Part shown: piece after piece, positions 50,091 through 64,000 of the stretch | How the letters are laid out: the number at the start of each line of letters is the position of its first letter | Numbering within the stretch: position 1 is the stretch's first letter | Assembly (NCBI RefSeq): GCF_009914755.1 | Contig: NC_060938.1 | Length of the DNA stretch: 64,000 nucleotides | Origin: the human T2T-CHM13v2.0 reference genome, Homo sapiens | Reading direction: 5' to 3' (one strand) | Made by a program: the position numbers and the translations under genes | The notes under the pieces: model-generated | The model's database searches: none | What the model saw: only the letters and a program-made list of their open reading frames with translations | What the model was told of the DNA's origin: nothing

Positions 50091-51446
50091 GAATAAATAA
50101 AGGAGCACAATAAGATAGACATCTCTAAATAAATTATTCTCTTTCTTTTCTCTACTTTTAAAGCATAATTATCTCCCTCTGGCACTTGTTTTTTATTTTG
50201 CATTATTTTCACACAGCTAGTGAATGCACTTATAGGACTGGAACCCAGGACTTCCTGACTCTAGAACCTGGACTATATTTTATATCAAGTCCAAATTAAA
50301 CTCAATGGAATGTTTAAATTTGGGCCTAACCTGCCTTGCATATGGTTAGGTGGTCTTCTCATCCACCCAGGGAAACCCATTTATGGATAAAAATATTTGC
50401 AGTCATGAAATGCAATTGAGTTGTCTTTTCTTCACAACTAGATTCTAATCTGTTTGTGAGCAGAAACCGTATCTTCCTTTTCATTAAAAATAGATTACTT
50501 CTTATCTGGAAGCTCATAGAGTAAATACTTAAATTCATAATGGAAGAAAAAGGAAGAATTTGCGTCTATATAAACAGCAAGTGCCCTATGGTGCCAATTA
50601 TGTGATTCCACATAATGTTCATTTGTGAGGGGCTGCCTGTAGCACTGTTGAAAGGAACAGGATCAATCAGCAATGTCTGCTCTGGGACTGCCCTGGTTTA
50701 CACCTGTTGTCATCATGCAATTTATCTCTCCTTTTTATTCTGTCCTGGTTTAGACAATAAATTAAACCATTCTAGCTCTGTGGGTGCAGGAAAGGGAAGT
50801 GGTAGTATATGTGCAATGTATGGGTCATTGTGTGTTAATTGTTTACATCTATAAATATTGTAAGCATTCAGGAGACTGGGTCAACTTCCAGGGAGAAGAG
50901 TCTTCACTGTGCAGATGAGTCATCTGGACTCCAGCAATGCAGCAGAAATGAGAGCAAAGGGACGGTGCATGAGCTGGAGAAGAGTAGAACTGGTCGGCAC
51001 CTAGGTGACAAGCTCTCATCATAGGCACAATGGATTCTGGGCACAAAGGAGTAAGGGACCTTCCCTGAAGATGGAGTTGGGATTTGCTCTAGACCTGACC
51101 AGAATCTGAGCCTACAGATTCCAAGATTTGGTGATTTCAGCTGGGAAGGTCTGGGAAAAAAAGTTGCAGAAATGGAGCATCATTCTCTAGGGGTTGGGTA
51201 GCTGGAGAGATTTAGAACATAGAAGCTTCAAGAATATTAGCAGATATCACATGATTCAATAGCCTAAATAGATAGCAAGAGTTTACTTATTGTTTGCATT
51301 CAAATATTGCACAAATTGGCCAAGCAAGTAATCATTCCGTGTTTTACGATCTCTTCCAGAAATTACCCGTGAGGTCAGTGGCTGTTTTCAATGCTGGTTA
51401 CCACTGAATGTACATATTTTCCATTGAGTTTCCCTAAGAGCTGGTG

Positions 51447-51670
51447 TACAGAATAGCACAGTGATGAAGAGCTTTGGGTCTGAGGGAGAGACAGACCTAG
51501 ACTTGAGTCTTAAATCTGCCACTGAATAGCTGTGTGACTGGACAAATAACCCAACCTCAAAGCCTTGGGATCCTCATCTGTGGTAGTAAAGATGGTTGAG
51601 AAGTTTCAAGACGATAACAGAGAGCCTGGCACATAGCAAGGGCTGAATAGATGCAAGTTATGCCACTAAT
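51447..51670 (+). mobile_element. MIR
   Basis: acagaatagcacagtgatgaagagc...tctgccactgaatagctgtgtgac...cctcatctgt...gcctggcacatag. Confidence 0.82.
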
Positions 51671-52599
51671 AGTAAAGACAATCATTTCCTATCTATATTC
51701 ACATTGACCAGTGTAGTGTCTTATCTCTGCTGGACGTGCCCAGAATACCATCACCCTCTCTTGCATGTGATGTGGAGGGCCACTTAGACATGGCAGTTTC
51801 CATTGTGGTCTGAGGCTTGGGTCAATTGAGTAGAACTCAGCACCGCCAAACAGCTGGGAAGTGTCCTGGACGTGCATGCAGAACTGGAAACTGGCCTGAG
51901 GGAGAATAGTTGTGGCGATAAAGAGGTTACTATTTTGGCTTTCTCACAGCAACAATTCACTGATGGCCCAGAGAGAGCATTTATGTCCACTCCCATTGCA
52001 GATACATTCCAGCTGTTTTCTGCTGAACTGCCCTTATTCCCCACCCTTGGATAGCACAAATATTTCTCCAAGGTATATCTTTTCTCCTTGAAAAGGAGAA
52101 GAAAAGAAGAAGGAAAGGAAAGGTGCTTTTATTCTAGTTACCTCCCAAAAAGCACATGAGAAATAATTCACCAGTCATTCACATTTCCATTTTCTCTCTT
52201 TTTCTCTCCCTATACCTCAAAGCTCTGGAAGACATGTGGCAAATGTACCCTGATAGCCATAGACTTGTCCCATAGCCATTTTTCCTTGTGACACTTCACA
52301 AAAATGCTGCACAATAGTTCCTGTGTGAATATGAGACAATGTCAAGAAAACCAAGAAAAAGGCAGCTGGCTCCACGGGTGGGTCTGCAATGGATCCCACT
52401 GGACAGAGCTTTTGCTCTATCAACTATAGAGATTGATGATACCATAGGTGAGTGGTATTGGGCTTGCAGATGGAGATAAGGGGCAGCTTCTTTGGCTGCT
52501 GTAGTCTTTAGGACCCAGTCTTCCCCAATATCCAGTAGGCTGAAGATTTCTTATCCAAAATTTTTTTCTTCAGCATTGAGAAGTCAGAGAATGGCCAAG

Positions 52600-53083
52600 A
52601 TACATGTGATGTCAATAAATCTTTATTTCCTATCCCCTGCTCTGCTCTCTATGGCAATGGGCCTGACCCCTGAAGGCTGTAAGTCCTAGACTCTCACATC
52701 ACCTGGCTTCTGCTTTTGAGCAACGAGAAGTGCTTATGAGAGGTGGCATGTGGGGCTGCAGGAGGAAGGGAGCACACAGGATAGCTTTCTGCTTTGTGTG
52801 ACTTCTCCAGCAGTGGCTGCATCTCCCCTGTGGCTCGGCTTCTGGTGGATGGGCATGCCGCCCTGCCGGCTACTGTCGGGTGACCCTGGCTCTGGGCTCT
52901 GGCAACACCACTACTTTCTTTTTTCTCTCTCTGCTGTTGTTAATCTCTGGGTTGCCTCCTTATCTCCTGTTCCGCTTCCAACTCTTCCATCACCTATGTA
53001 ACTAATTCCCTGCATTGATTCCTGTCTCCGCCTCCCCACTTTTTAAAAAATAGACTGGTTTCTTTGTTATTCCCTGACTGTTA
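52600..53083 (+). mobile_element. LTR41-like ERVL solo LTR
   Basis: cctgctctgctct...tccagcagtggctgcatctcc...tgctgttgttaatctctgggttgcctc...ctcttccatcacctatgtaactaattccctgcatt. Confidence 0.7.
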
Positions 53084-55106
53084 ATGAGTAGACAGATGGG
53101 AGAAAAATCAAGCACATTTAAATACTTTTCAAATAATAAAAGCAGTGAACATTTGTTGCTAGATTACCTTGGAAATAAGTCAGCTCATTTAATGTAAACA
53201 TTTGGAGGCCATTTATAATTAGACCTTTTCTGTTTGAACAATTCACAATAGTTTTAAAAATTGAAAGGCAAGAAAAATGTAGTAGATGTATGATGTGGGA
53301 ATAAAAGGCCTTCCAGCATTCCTCTTGACGCTGTTTGACAGAATTCCTGCCAGCTCAGCTCCTTCCTCCTCTTGCTAACCATGGAGAACAGGAGCAGGAA
53401 CATGGGTTCACATAGCCAAAGGGTTCTGGAACTGCTAGAGTTCTTTTGTTCCTATACCCCAAGGCCTGCATGAGTGAAACAGGTTCATCTGCGCCAGGAA
53501 AATGATATGTTGTAGTAACCAGTTCCCTCTTCTTATTTCTTGATTCCATCAAGCCCTCAGTATGTTGGAGTCTGAGGTTTTGGTAAAAATGCAGAAAACA
53601 TACTTTCTAATATTATCTGTAATTTTTCAGAGGAGAACCCTCATAAATGTTCAATACAACCTTTATATACAGGGTGCATAAAGTGCAGTCATTATACACA
53701 TAGCATTTGTGATTTGCTGCTCTGAAAAGCATGCTTTAAAAACTAGAATTTCAAAGCAGCCTCCTGGAGGACATTTAATTCAACCTGAGACTTGGGTGCC
53801 TCAAGCTTGAGCAGAGCTCAGGCCCTGTATTGACTTTGCACACCTTCAGCCACAAGGGAGGAATTCACAGCAAACCAGTTTCTCACTATAGTTCCAATAA
53901 AATCAGAAGCAACCAGTCCAGGTCTAAAACAAGGCCTTCATTTATAGGAGAAGCGCACTATATAGAGTGATATTCAACTGCGGAAGAAGCCATCCTGATT
54001 CATTTGATAGAAACAGCCTTTTGGAATTTTCTGAGCACTCTTACATGTCCTCAGACCGTCTAAATGAACAAAACTGACCTATGGTTGTGTTACTTACCCA
54101 TATTTATTAACAAAATGATCTTATACCTTCATGTTATCCCCAGAATAAGAGGTAAAAAGGTATATTTCAAAGAATCATTTCTGGATTTAAAAAAATTGTT
54201 TCTCATGCCGTATCATAAGAGACACAAATTACTATGCAATTTAAGCAAGAGTGTTTCCAGTCATGCTGCTTAGAATTCTGCAGCTAGTGGGATGCTTATG
54301 TGACAGGATGATTTGTTGAGACTTTTTTTTTCTATTTTTTCCATTTTCTCTAGTTTCAAGCAGAAAGGCAGTTTTCTGCTTTCTCTCAACTCAGGGGATG
54401 TCCCCATCTCCTGCCTACAGCCTCACCTCATTGAGATGATTATGTTTTGGGGGGTGGGGTGCAAGGTAAGTGTGCACCCCATCTAACTGGCATATCTACT
54501 CATGCACATCCCTTTTAGAGTAAGGTCAGGGAGACAGTGGTAATTCCAAAAGAAGCCCAGTAACTTGCTCAGGGTCACATAGTAAGTAGCACAGTTGGGA
54601 TTTGAAACTCTAAAATCAGTAATAAATAAATGTAAAGTAATAGTAAGTGTTAGCTGTGATTGTTATTAATATCATTATCTATATTACTAACCCTGTGACT
54701 GTGGGTTCCCTCCCTACAGCTCCATTTCCTCATGTATTCTATGAAATTATTAATGCTTCTTAGGATGTGTAGAGCTGATATGTGCAGACCAGAAAATCAT
54801 GCATCTGAAATCATCATCATCACTTTGAGTACACTATCAATCCTATTCCATTTACTTATTCTTATTTCTCATCATTAAATAATACAAGCTACCATAATGT
54901 GTTCCTAAGCCACCATCGAAATCTATCAGTTTCTTCTTGTTCCATCTCCTGTTTTACCTTCCCCCTGCCCCCTTGATTCTTCTGCTCCTTGCCCCCCACC
55001 ACCACTCCAACACACACATAATGCCTGGTAGGATGGTAGAAGGTAGAAAAAGTCCCCTATACACTGCTTCTGCCATCCACAATCGTGAATTCTTATTGTC
55101 ACTATT

Positions 55107-55270
55107 GTTTGTTTGCTTATGTATAACAGCTTAATTTAGATGTATAATTCACATACTGTATATATTCATCCTTTTAAAGTGTACAATTCAAGATTCTTAA
55201 TATACTAGAGTTGTACAGCCATCACCACTATTTACTTTTAGAATACTTTTATCATTCCCCAAAGAAACTC
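55107..55270 (-). mobile_element. L1MB 3'-end fragment
   Basis: aacagcttaatttagatgtataattcacatac...ttttaaagtgtacaattca...gagttgtacagccatcaccact. Confidence 0.78.
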
Positions 55271-55371
55271 TATATAATTCTATATTTCATAAAATATTAT
55301 CGGAAATATATGAGAAAATGTTGATTGAAAATATACATAGCTATCAGGTAATCTATAGAAAAAATACTTTT

Positions 55372-56490
<1,119 letters not shown>

Positions 56491-56569
56491 AGAACAAATA
56501 CTTTTTAAAAACTAAGTAGTGTAGTTTGTGTCTTTTTAGTAAAACAACACAAAATGGAAAGCTCAGGTA

Positions 56570-57500
<931 letters not shown>

Positions 57501-58267
57501 ATAATAAAGATGGCATGGAGATTTTAATAGCTGGTTAATATACACAACTGATAAATGGACTGGACCCGTAACCTGACAATAACTACCTGGATGTTAGGTA
57601 AATTGAGTAGAAGGTATTGAGAAGTCTCATAGGGTGAGCCTCACAAAGCCAAAGCTACAAAGAAGGGTAAATTGTATTTCAAGCCAGCAGTTTTCAAACT
57701 ATGCTTCTTGAAGTCTGAGAGAGGCTGGGGAGATGCCCAAGAGTTGGCTTAGCCAAAAAGTGAATGGGTAGGGCTTCTACATTTTCATTCTTTCAAAAGC
57801 TACTTCATTTGTATCTGTTTGGTAGTCTTTGGTATACAATTTTCATTGAGGAAAGCATTCTAGTCTTGAAATACGCTGTGATCGTGTCTATCAAAATTTA
57901 TAATGTACATACTCTTTTGAGAAATATATTACACAGGAATATTGTAAAATGTACAAAGATGTTCTCCATATTCTTTGTAATAGTAAAAACAAAAGAGAGA
58001 AGCAACCAAAGTGTTAATTAATTGTCAATATCGTTGTATGTCTATCTATTAAGGACTGGTAAGCCATTACAATGGAATGCAAAACATCTAGATTAGTGGT
58101 TCTTAGCCCTCTAATAGCCAGTGACTCCTCTTTATACCACATATTGTGCAATGCTTCATTTACTCTTGTAAAGTAAAAATCATATATAATATAACCTTCT
58201 TTTATAATTTTAAAAAACAAATGTAATGTTGTAACTAAAATATGAAATAGAAAATAAAAGTAATGTC

Positions 58268-59345
58268 TATGGTGGTTCATTTTATGTATCAATGTGACTG
58301 GGCCACAGCATGCTGAGATACTGGTCAAACATTATTCTGGGTGTGTCTTTGAGGGTGTTTCTGGATGAGATTAACATTTGAATTGGTAGACTGAGTAAAG
58401 CAGGTTCCTGGTCCATAATGTGGGGGAGATTCATCCAATCAGTTGAAGTCCTGGATAGAAGTAAAAGAATGATGCTCCTCCAAGTAGGAAGGAATCCACT
58501 TTGCCTGACTTTCTTCAAACTAGGACATGGGGTTTTTTTCCTGCCTTTGGACTTGATGTGAAAGATGGGTACTTCCTGGGTCTTGAGACTGCCGGTCTCC
58601 AGAGTGGGAACTAAACCATCAGCTCTGCTTTTTGAACCTTCAGACTAGAACTACACTATTGGCTCTCCGGGATCTCCAGCTTGCCAACTCACCCTGAAGA
58701 TCTTGGGACTTGTCAGCCTCCATAATCATGTGATACAATTTTTCATAATAAATATCTTTATATATGTATGTATGTGTGTGCATATATACAGTTGACGCCT
58801 GAATAATGTAGGGGTTAGGGGCACTGACCCTCTGACTGTCAAAAATATGTGTATAACTTTTGATTCTCCAAAAACTTACTTACTAATAGCCTACTGTTGA
58901 CTGAAAATCTTACTGATAACATAAACAGTTGATTAACACATATTTTGTATGTTATACTGTATTCTTGCAATAAAGTAAGCTAGAGAAGAGAAAAATGTTA
59001 TTTAGAAAATCATAAGGAAGAGAACATATGTTTTCTATTCATTAATTGGGAGGAGATCATCATAAAGGTCTTCATCCTTCATTTTTTTCACATGGAATAG
59101 GATGAAGAGGAAGAGGAAGAAAAAGGGTTGGTCTTGATGTCTCGGGGTGGCAGAGGTAGAAGAAAATCCATGTATAAATGGACCTATATACTTCACAGTC
59201 ATGCTGTTCGAGGGTCAACTTAATATATATACATGTACATGTACGTGTATGTATAAGTAACATACATACATACACATACATACATATATACACACACATA
59301 TATATATAATTGGTTCTATATCTCTGAAGAATGCTGACTAATACA
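58268..59345 (+). mobile_element. MLT2 (B/D-like) ERVL solo LTR, split by Tigger2a
   Basis: tatggtggttcattttatgtatcaatgtgactgggcca...gatgagattaacatttgaattggtagactgagtaaagcag...gactaataca; near-TSD atgtc/atatc. Confidence 0.88.
58789..59221 (-). mobile_element. Tigger2a (MER28) DNA transposon
   Basis: Terminal inverted repeats cagttgac...ttgaa / ttcgagggtcaact; preceded by TA within a TA-rich tract. Confidence 0.88.
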
Positions 59346-59893
59346 ATATCTGTTTCATTATGTAAATACTCAGGCACAATGAAATTAGTAGGTAAAACAA
59401 TACTTTCTGATGTTTTGGGTCAACGTCTACAAACGCAGACCAGCACAGTTGCATTGGAATAATTCCAAACAAAAGAAAATGCAAATTTTCCTCACATTAC
59501 AGTAATTGCATTTCTCAAAAATGTAGGAAGATGTGTATATTTAAATTATGCAAAAACACTTTGTGTTTACTTTTATAGCAGCATAAGGTCTTTGCCTCAA
59601 ATAATTATAAATGTAGTTTTTCACCTAAATAATTGTCTGGTGAGAGATTCAAAAGTCATGCAGAAGGCTGGAGAACTTCTCATTGTGTGGAACTGGTATG
59701 AATATTACCCACTAAAAAGCTGGTAGCATCTTCCAATCATTTCAAACCCAAGCTAAGGAGTAGTACAGCCTCCACTGAAAACCGTTGATTCATACAGGAG
59801 CTTTCCAAAATACTAATACTAACACTAATACTTTGTGTGTGTGTGCAGTCATTTTTGTGGAAAACCCACAACAACAAATAAACCATTATGAAC

Positions 59894-60340
59894 TGTATTA
59901 GTTTCCTAGTGCTGCCATAATAAATTACCACAAACTCAAGGGCTTAAAACAGCACAAATTTATTCTCTTACAGTTCTAGAGTCGAGAAGTTGAAAGCAAG
60001 GTGTTGGCAGAGGTAGTTCCCCCTGCAGGATCTGCCAGGGAATCAGTCCTATGCCCCTCTTCTAGGTTCTGGTGGCTGCAGGCAATGCTTAGTGCTCCTT
60101 GACTTACAGATGCATCACTCCAATCTCTGCCCCATCTTTCCACGGCCTGTTCTGTGACTTCTTTTTCCTCTTTTACAAGGGCACCTGACATTGGATTTAG
60201 GGTCCGCCTTAATACAGGATGATCTCGTCTCAAGATCCTCACCTTAACTATATCTGCAAAGACCCTCATTCCAAATAAGGCTACATTCAGAGGTTTGGGG
60301 TAGACATGAATTTTGTGGGGATGCTATTTAACCCATTATA
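59894..60340 (-). mobile_element. MLT1C-like MaLR solo LTR
   Basis: tgtattagtttcctagtgctgccataataaattaccacaaact...cagatgcatcactccaatctctgcc...tatatctgcaaagaccct. Confidence 0.88.
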
Positions 60341-60692
60341 TATACATGTCCATAGATATATAAAGATATTAAAAAGTGAGGAAGAATATGCAGTCAACTG
60401 TCATATGGTTACTACTAGGAAAAAATTTTTGACTATGGAAAAGGAAACGAAGGGACTTTCACTTTTTATACTCTGCACTTCTGAATTTAATTTAAAAATT
60501 TAAATATATTAGAAAACTAATACTGTTAGCTTATTAATAGTTTTATATTAATTTATTAATTTTAAATTTAAGAAATCTCTCTCCTTTGCCATAAGTGAAG
60601 GATAAATGAGTTGTAAGCAGCTGTACTACCGCAAGAGTCTTTTTCTCAGCTAATGCCTACTAGGAGAACTACATAATAAGAATTAATCTGGG

Positions 60693-60993
<301 letters not shown>

Positions 60994-62724
60994 TTAATCT
61001 GAGGTGCAGAGCGTTTTTTTTTTTTTATTGTGTGTTTGTTTGATTGGGAAAATATCTTTGACATGCTGAGGACAACATGTTGTTTCAACCAAGGGGAAGA
61101 AAACAAAACTCTGACTTTTAAAGAGGCATCCATGATTGAGTCAAGGGCCAGCTGGCATTGTCAATCAAAGAGCATCCCATCTTCCTGCCGCATGATTAGA
61201 GCTGCAGTTGCTGGGGCATCCCAGCAGAGAACACTTCTGAAAATGAGTTTTTTCTTAGGAAGTTGTAGGTAAGAGCGAATTCTTTGTGCTAACTAGTACA
61301 AGTAAAGGATAGGCTGGTTCAAAAGTGTGGCAATTGTGTGACATCATTTGGAAGAGAGGAAATTTTAATTAGAAAAGGGACAAATATGCACTGCTGAGGC
61401 CATTACTCTTTGAGTTTTGGAATGAATCGATTTTTCTTCCAGGGCTCATTTCCTGCTTATCTGTATGTTGCAGCACATGCCTTGTCCTATCAAAAGTGAC
61501 TTCAAAACAAACACATACAAGGGCAATTTCAGAATCAAAGTTACAGGTATAAGGTGATGTTAAAAGGCCAATATCTATTCTGGGGAATCTTGATTTGCTT
61601 TCAATTCTCCATGCTTTGGTACATGAATAAAGTCAGGTTATTTAAAAGTTATTTCCAAAGAGTCTTTTAAAAATATTCAAGCTACAGAGAGTTCAAAGTG
61701 CATATACCATTTAATTCTGCTAAAATAAACCATACCCATATGAACTAGAAAAGATCTAGACTATTATTTTGAGGTTGATTATTTACTGATAAGTCAAATA
61801 GTGATCTCTTTAATCAAAGGACATTTGCTTCAAATTGCTTCCATCCATTGTCCTTACCATGAAAGACTGATTGTGCTTTGAACTAGGATCTTACTTTTTT
61901 TTTTTATTATGGGGGAGGTAAAGACAAATCCCAATAAAAGAACCTACACATCAAAGAATTAGCTCTCCGAAAATATTTTCCATTTATACATGTTGGCTGC
62001 ATGCCTACATCTGTTCATAAATTGATATGGAGTCTTTTTAATGTACCTTTGCCATTATTAAATGTTATCTATCTTCAAAGAAAATACCAATAGATTGGAA
62101 AATAAACTTGAGATGAGGAATTGCATGGAAAAGCCAATGATTTATGGCTATTTGCTTTCTTATACCTTTGAATTAGGTCCATCATAACCTTCTGTTTAAT
62201 CTGAGACTGAGTTTTCAACAATTTATTAACAAATAAAAATATAATGAGTAGCTAAAATCAAGATATGACAAGGCACCAGAAGTCCAGGTTGACTCCCATA
62301 TTTAATATAAATACCTTGATTATCCTTTTTTTTGTTATGTCAAATTATACTTCAGATCTTCATCTTAGAAAATTTGTCCACAAGATAATATAGGAATGCA
62401 AAAGAGTAGAATATTGATTTATTTTCCTTCCTAGCAACCCAGAAGAATTTTGAGAATTGAGACTGAGGTCAGAAATGGATGGGAGAAAGCTCTTGGGGAG
62501 AGGGTGGCAGAAAACCTAGTTGAAGATTTTGTGTGGCAGAGAAAGGCCAGGGGACCTGAAACATGATGATATCTAAAATGAAAATCCAAGGGCTTCATTT
62601 ATCTCCCTAGGAATTTTTTTCATTATCACCAAATCTTTAATATGTCTGATAATTACCATAGCAGAGTGATGGTGCTGCTTTAGGGAATAAAGTGGAGATC
62701 TTTCTTGAAATTTGGGGCATTGTC

Positions 62725-63080
62725 TGATATGGTTTGGCTCTTTGTCCCTACTCAAATCTCATCCTGCAGCTCCTGTAATTGCCACATGTTGTAGGAGGTA
62801 CCCGGTAGGAGATAATTGAATCATGGGAGTGGGTCTTTCCCATTCTGTTCTTGTGATAGTGAATAAGTCTCACGAGATCTGATGATTTTAAAAACAGGAG
62901 TTTCCCTGCACAAGCTCTCTTCTCTTGTCTGCTGCCATGTAAGACGTGACTTTCACCTTCCACCATCATTGTGAGGCCTCCCCAGCCACATAGAACTGTA
63001 AGTCCATTAAATCTCTTTCTTTTGTAAATTGCCCAGTCTTGGGTATGTCTTTATCAGCATCATAAAAACTGACTAATGCA
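62725..63080 (+). mobile_element. THE1 (A/B-like) solo LTR
   Basis: tgatatggtttggct...gtgatagtgaataagtctcacgagatctgatg...gactaatgca; perfect TSD ttgtc at 62720-62724 and 63081-63085. Confidence 0.93.
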
Positions 63081-63081
63081 T

Positions 63082-63448
63082 TGTCTTAGTCCATTCTGGC
63101 TGCTACAACAAAATACCGTAAACTAGGTAGCTTATAAATAAAAGAAACTTATTTCTCATAGTTATGGAGTCTAGGAAATCCAAGACCAAGGTGCCAGAAA
63201 ATTGGATGTCTGGTGAGGGGCCACTTTCGTCTTCACAGAATGGTGCCTTCTTGCTATGTTCACACGTGGTGGAAGTGGCAAGGTGGCTCTCTGGGGCCTT
63301 TTTTATAAGGGCACTAATCCCATTCATAAGGGATCTGCCTTTGTTAACTAATCACCTCCCAAAGGCCCCTTCTCCTAATACTATCATATTGGGGGTTGGT
63401 TTTCAACATATGAATTTGGCAGGGAACACTAACATTCAGACCACATCA
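63082..63448 (-). mobile_element. MLT1A0-like MaLR solo LTR
   Basis: tgtcttagtccattctggctgctacaacaaaatacc...ataagggcactaatcccattcat...aacattcagaccacatca. Confidence 0.88.
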
Positions 63449-63609
63449 GGCTAGAAGCCCAGAGGGTACTGAGACAGCCAGTAGAGGTGTTGTTAAGATC
63501 ACTAGAAGAGATCTAGTATTTTAATAGAAGTAGGAATTCAAAACAAAAGAAGACATTTGAATGCAAACACTCTAGCCTGGCAATCCTCAAAAACACTGGG
63601 GAAGACACA

Positions 63610-64000
63610 TGTGGCGGTGATAAAATTACACTCATATCATCATTCAGCAGAAACTGCTGTGGGTTACAGTTGACTGACAGCGTCCACCTGACTCACCTGG
63701 GAGCCACAATGGTGCTCACATCCAAGCCATGCTTCCCTGAGCTGCTCTCGGCCAATGATTGAGCACAGTGTGGTTACTTAAACTGGGCTGTGCCTATCTG
63801 ACATTGGATTCTTCTAACAGCAACCTCTTGGGGTTGCTCTTGGGGTCTCCTCATCAGCCTGGCCATGACTTTCTTGGAACTGCACTGAAGTCTGAGGCTC
63901 TTCTTACCCCTTACTTTCTATCATCTGTCTTTACCCACGTGTCAGAGCTGCAGTGCAATCTGGAAGCTCTTCCTACCTGTCTGTTTCTTGGAGAACCTGA
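63610..64000 (+). mobile_element. LTR16-like ERVL LTR (runs to window end)
   Basis: gctgctctcggccaatgattgagca...cagcctggccatgactttcttggaactgcactgaagtctgaggctctt. Confidence 0.68.

Larger units (their letters stand above)
58094..59740 (+). mobile_element. hAT-Charlie relic (MER20B-like), split by MLT2
   Basis: tagtggttcttagccctc...ataatataacc, resuming at tgtaaatactcaggcac...aaaacactttgtgttta...ataattataaatgtagtttttcaccta...attcaaaagtc resemble recalled MER20B. Confidence 0.55.

Noticed and set aside
51700-52060. GC-richer stretch that may be an old LTR or regulatory element
   Set aside because: I could not match it to a family or find convincing motifs.

Overview
This is primate (most likely human) non-coding genomic DNA. 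AluY/S/J, L1PA/PB, THE1, MER41 and MER50 elements place it in primates. I find no credible protein-coding gene, RNA gene or CpG island. The ORFs in the track are fragments of L1 ORF1/ORF2, the MaLR (THE1) internal ORF, Alu, simple repeats or chance ORFs. Most of the window is layered, often nested transposon fossils. Positions 1-13.5 kb hold an L1PA, two THE1 elements and an old minus-strand L1M that keeps its 5' end. Positions 14-64 kb hold MIR/L2/L1M fragments, about 20 further solo LTRs in both orientations and four DNA-transposon relics. Many insertions keep readable target-site duplications (TSDs). Subfamily names come from recalled consensus sequences and need RepeatMasker/Dfam confirmation. 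The most notable signals are: (1) a dense AP-1/TEAD/octamer/NF-kB/GATA/ETS motif cluster in apparently unique DNA at 43.73-43.92 kb; (2) a deletion junction with a micro-inversion fusing L1, Alu and THE1 at ~2.69 kb; (3) a 1.3-kb AT-rich minisatellite with 23 perfect 28-bp palindrome-bearing units; (4) a unique block with octamer, CTCF-like and RFX motifs at ~21.1-21.5 kb; (5) a CpG-retaining MER50 LTR with intact promoter motifs; (6) several candidate non-coding exons. The sequence alone does not support a previously undescribed biological system; these are local regulatory and mutational curiosities.
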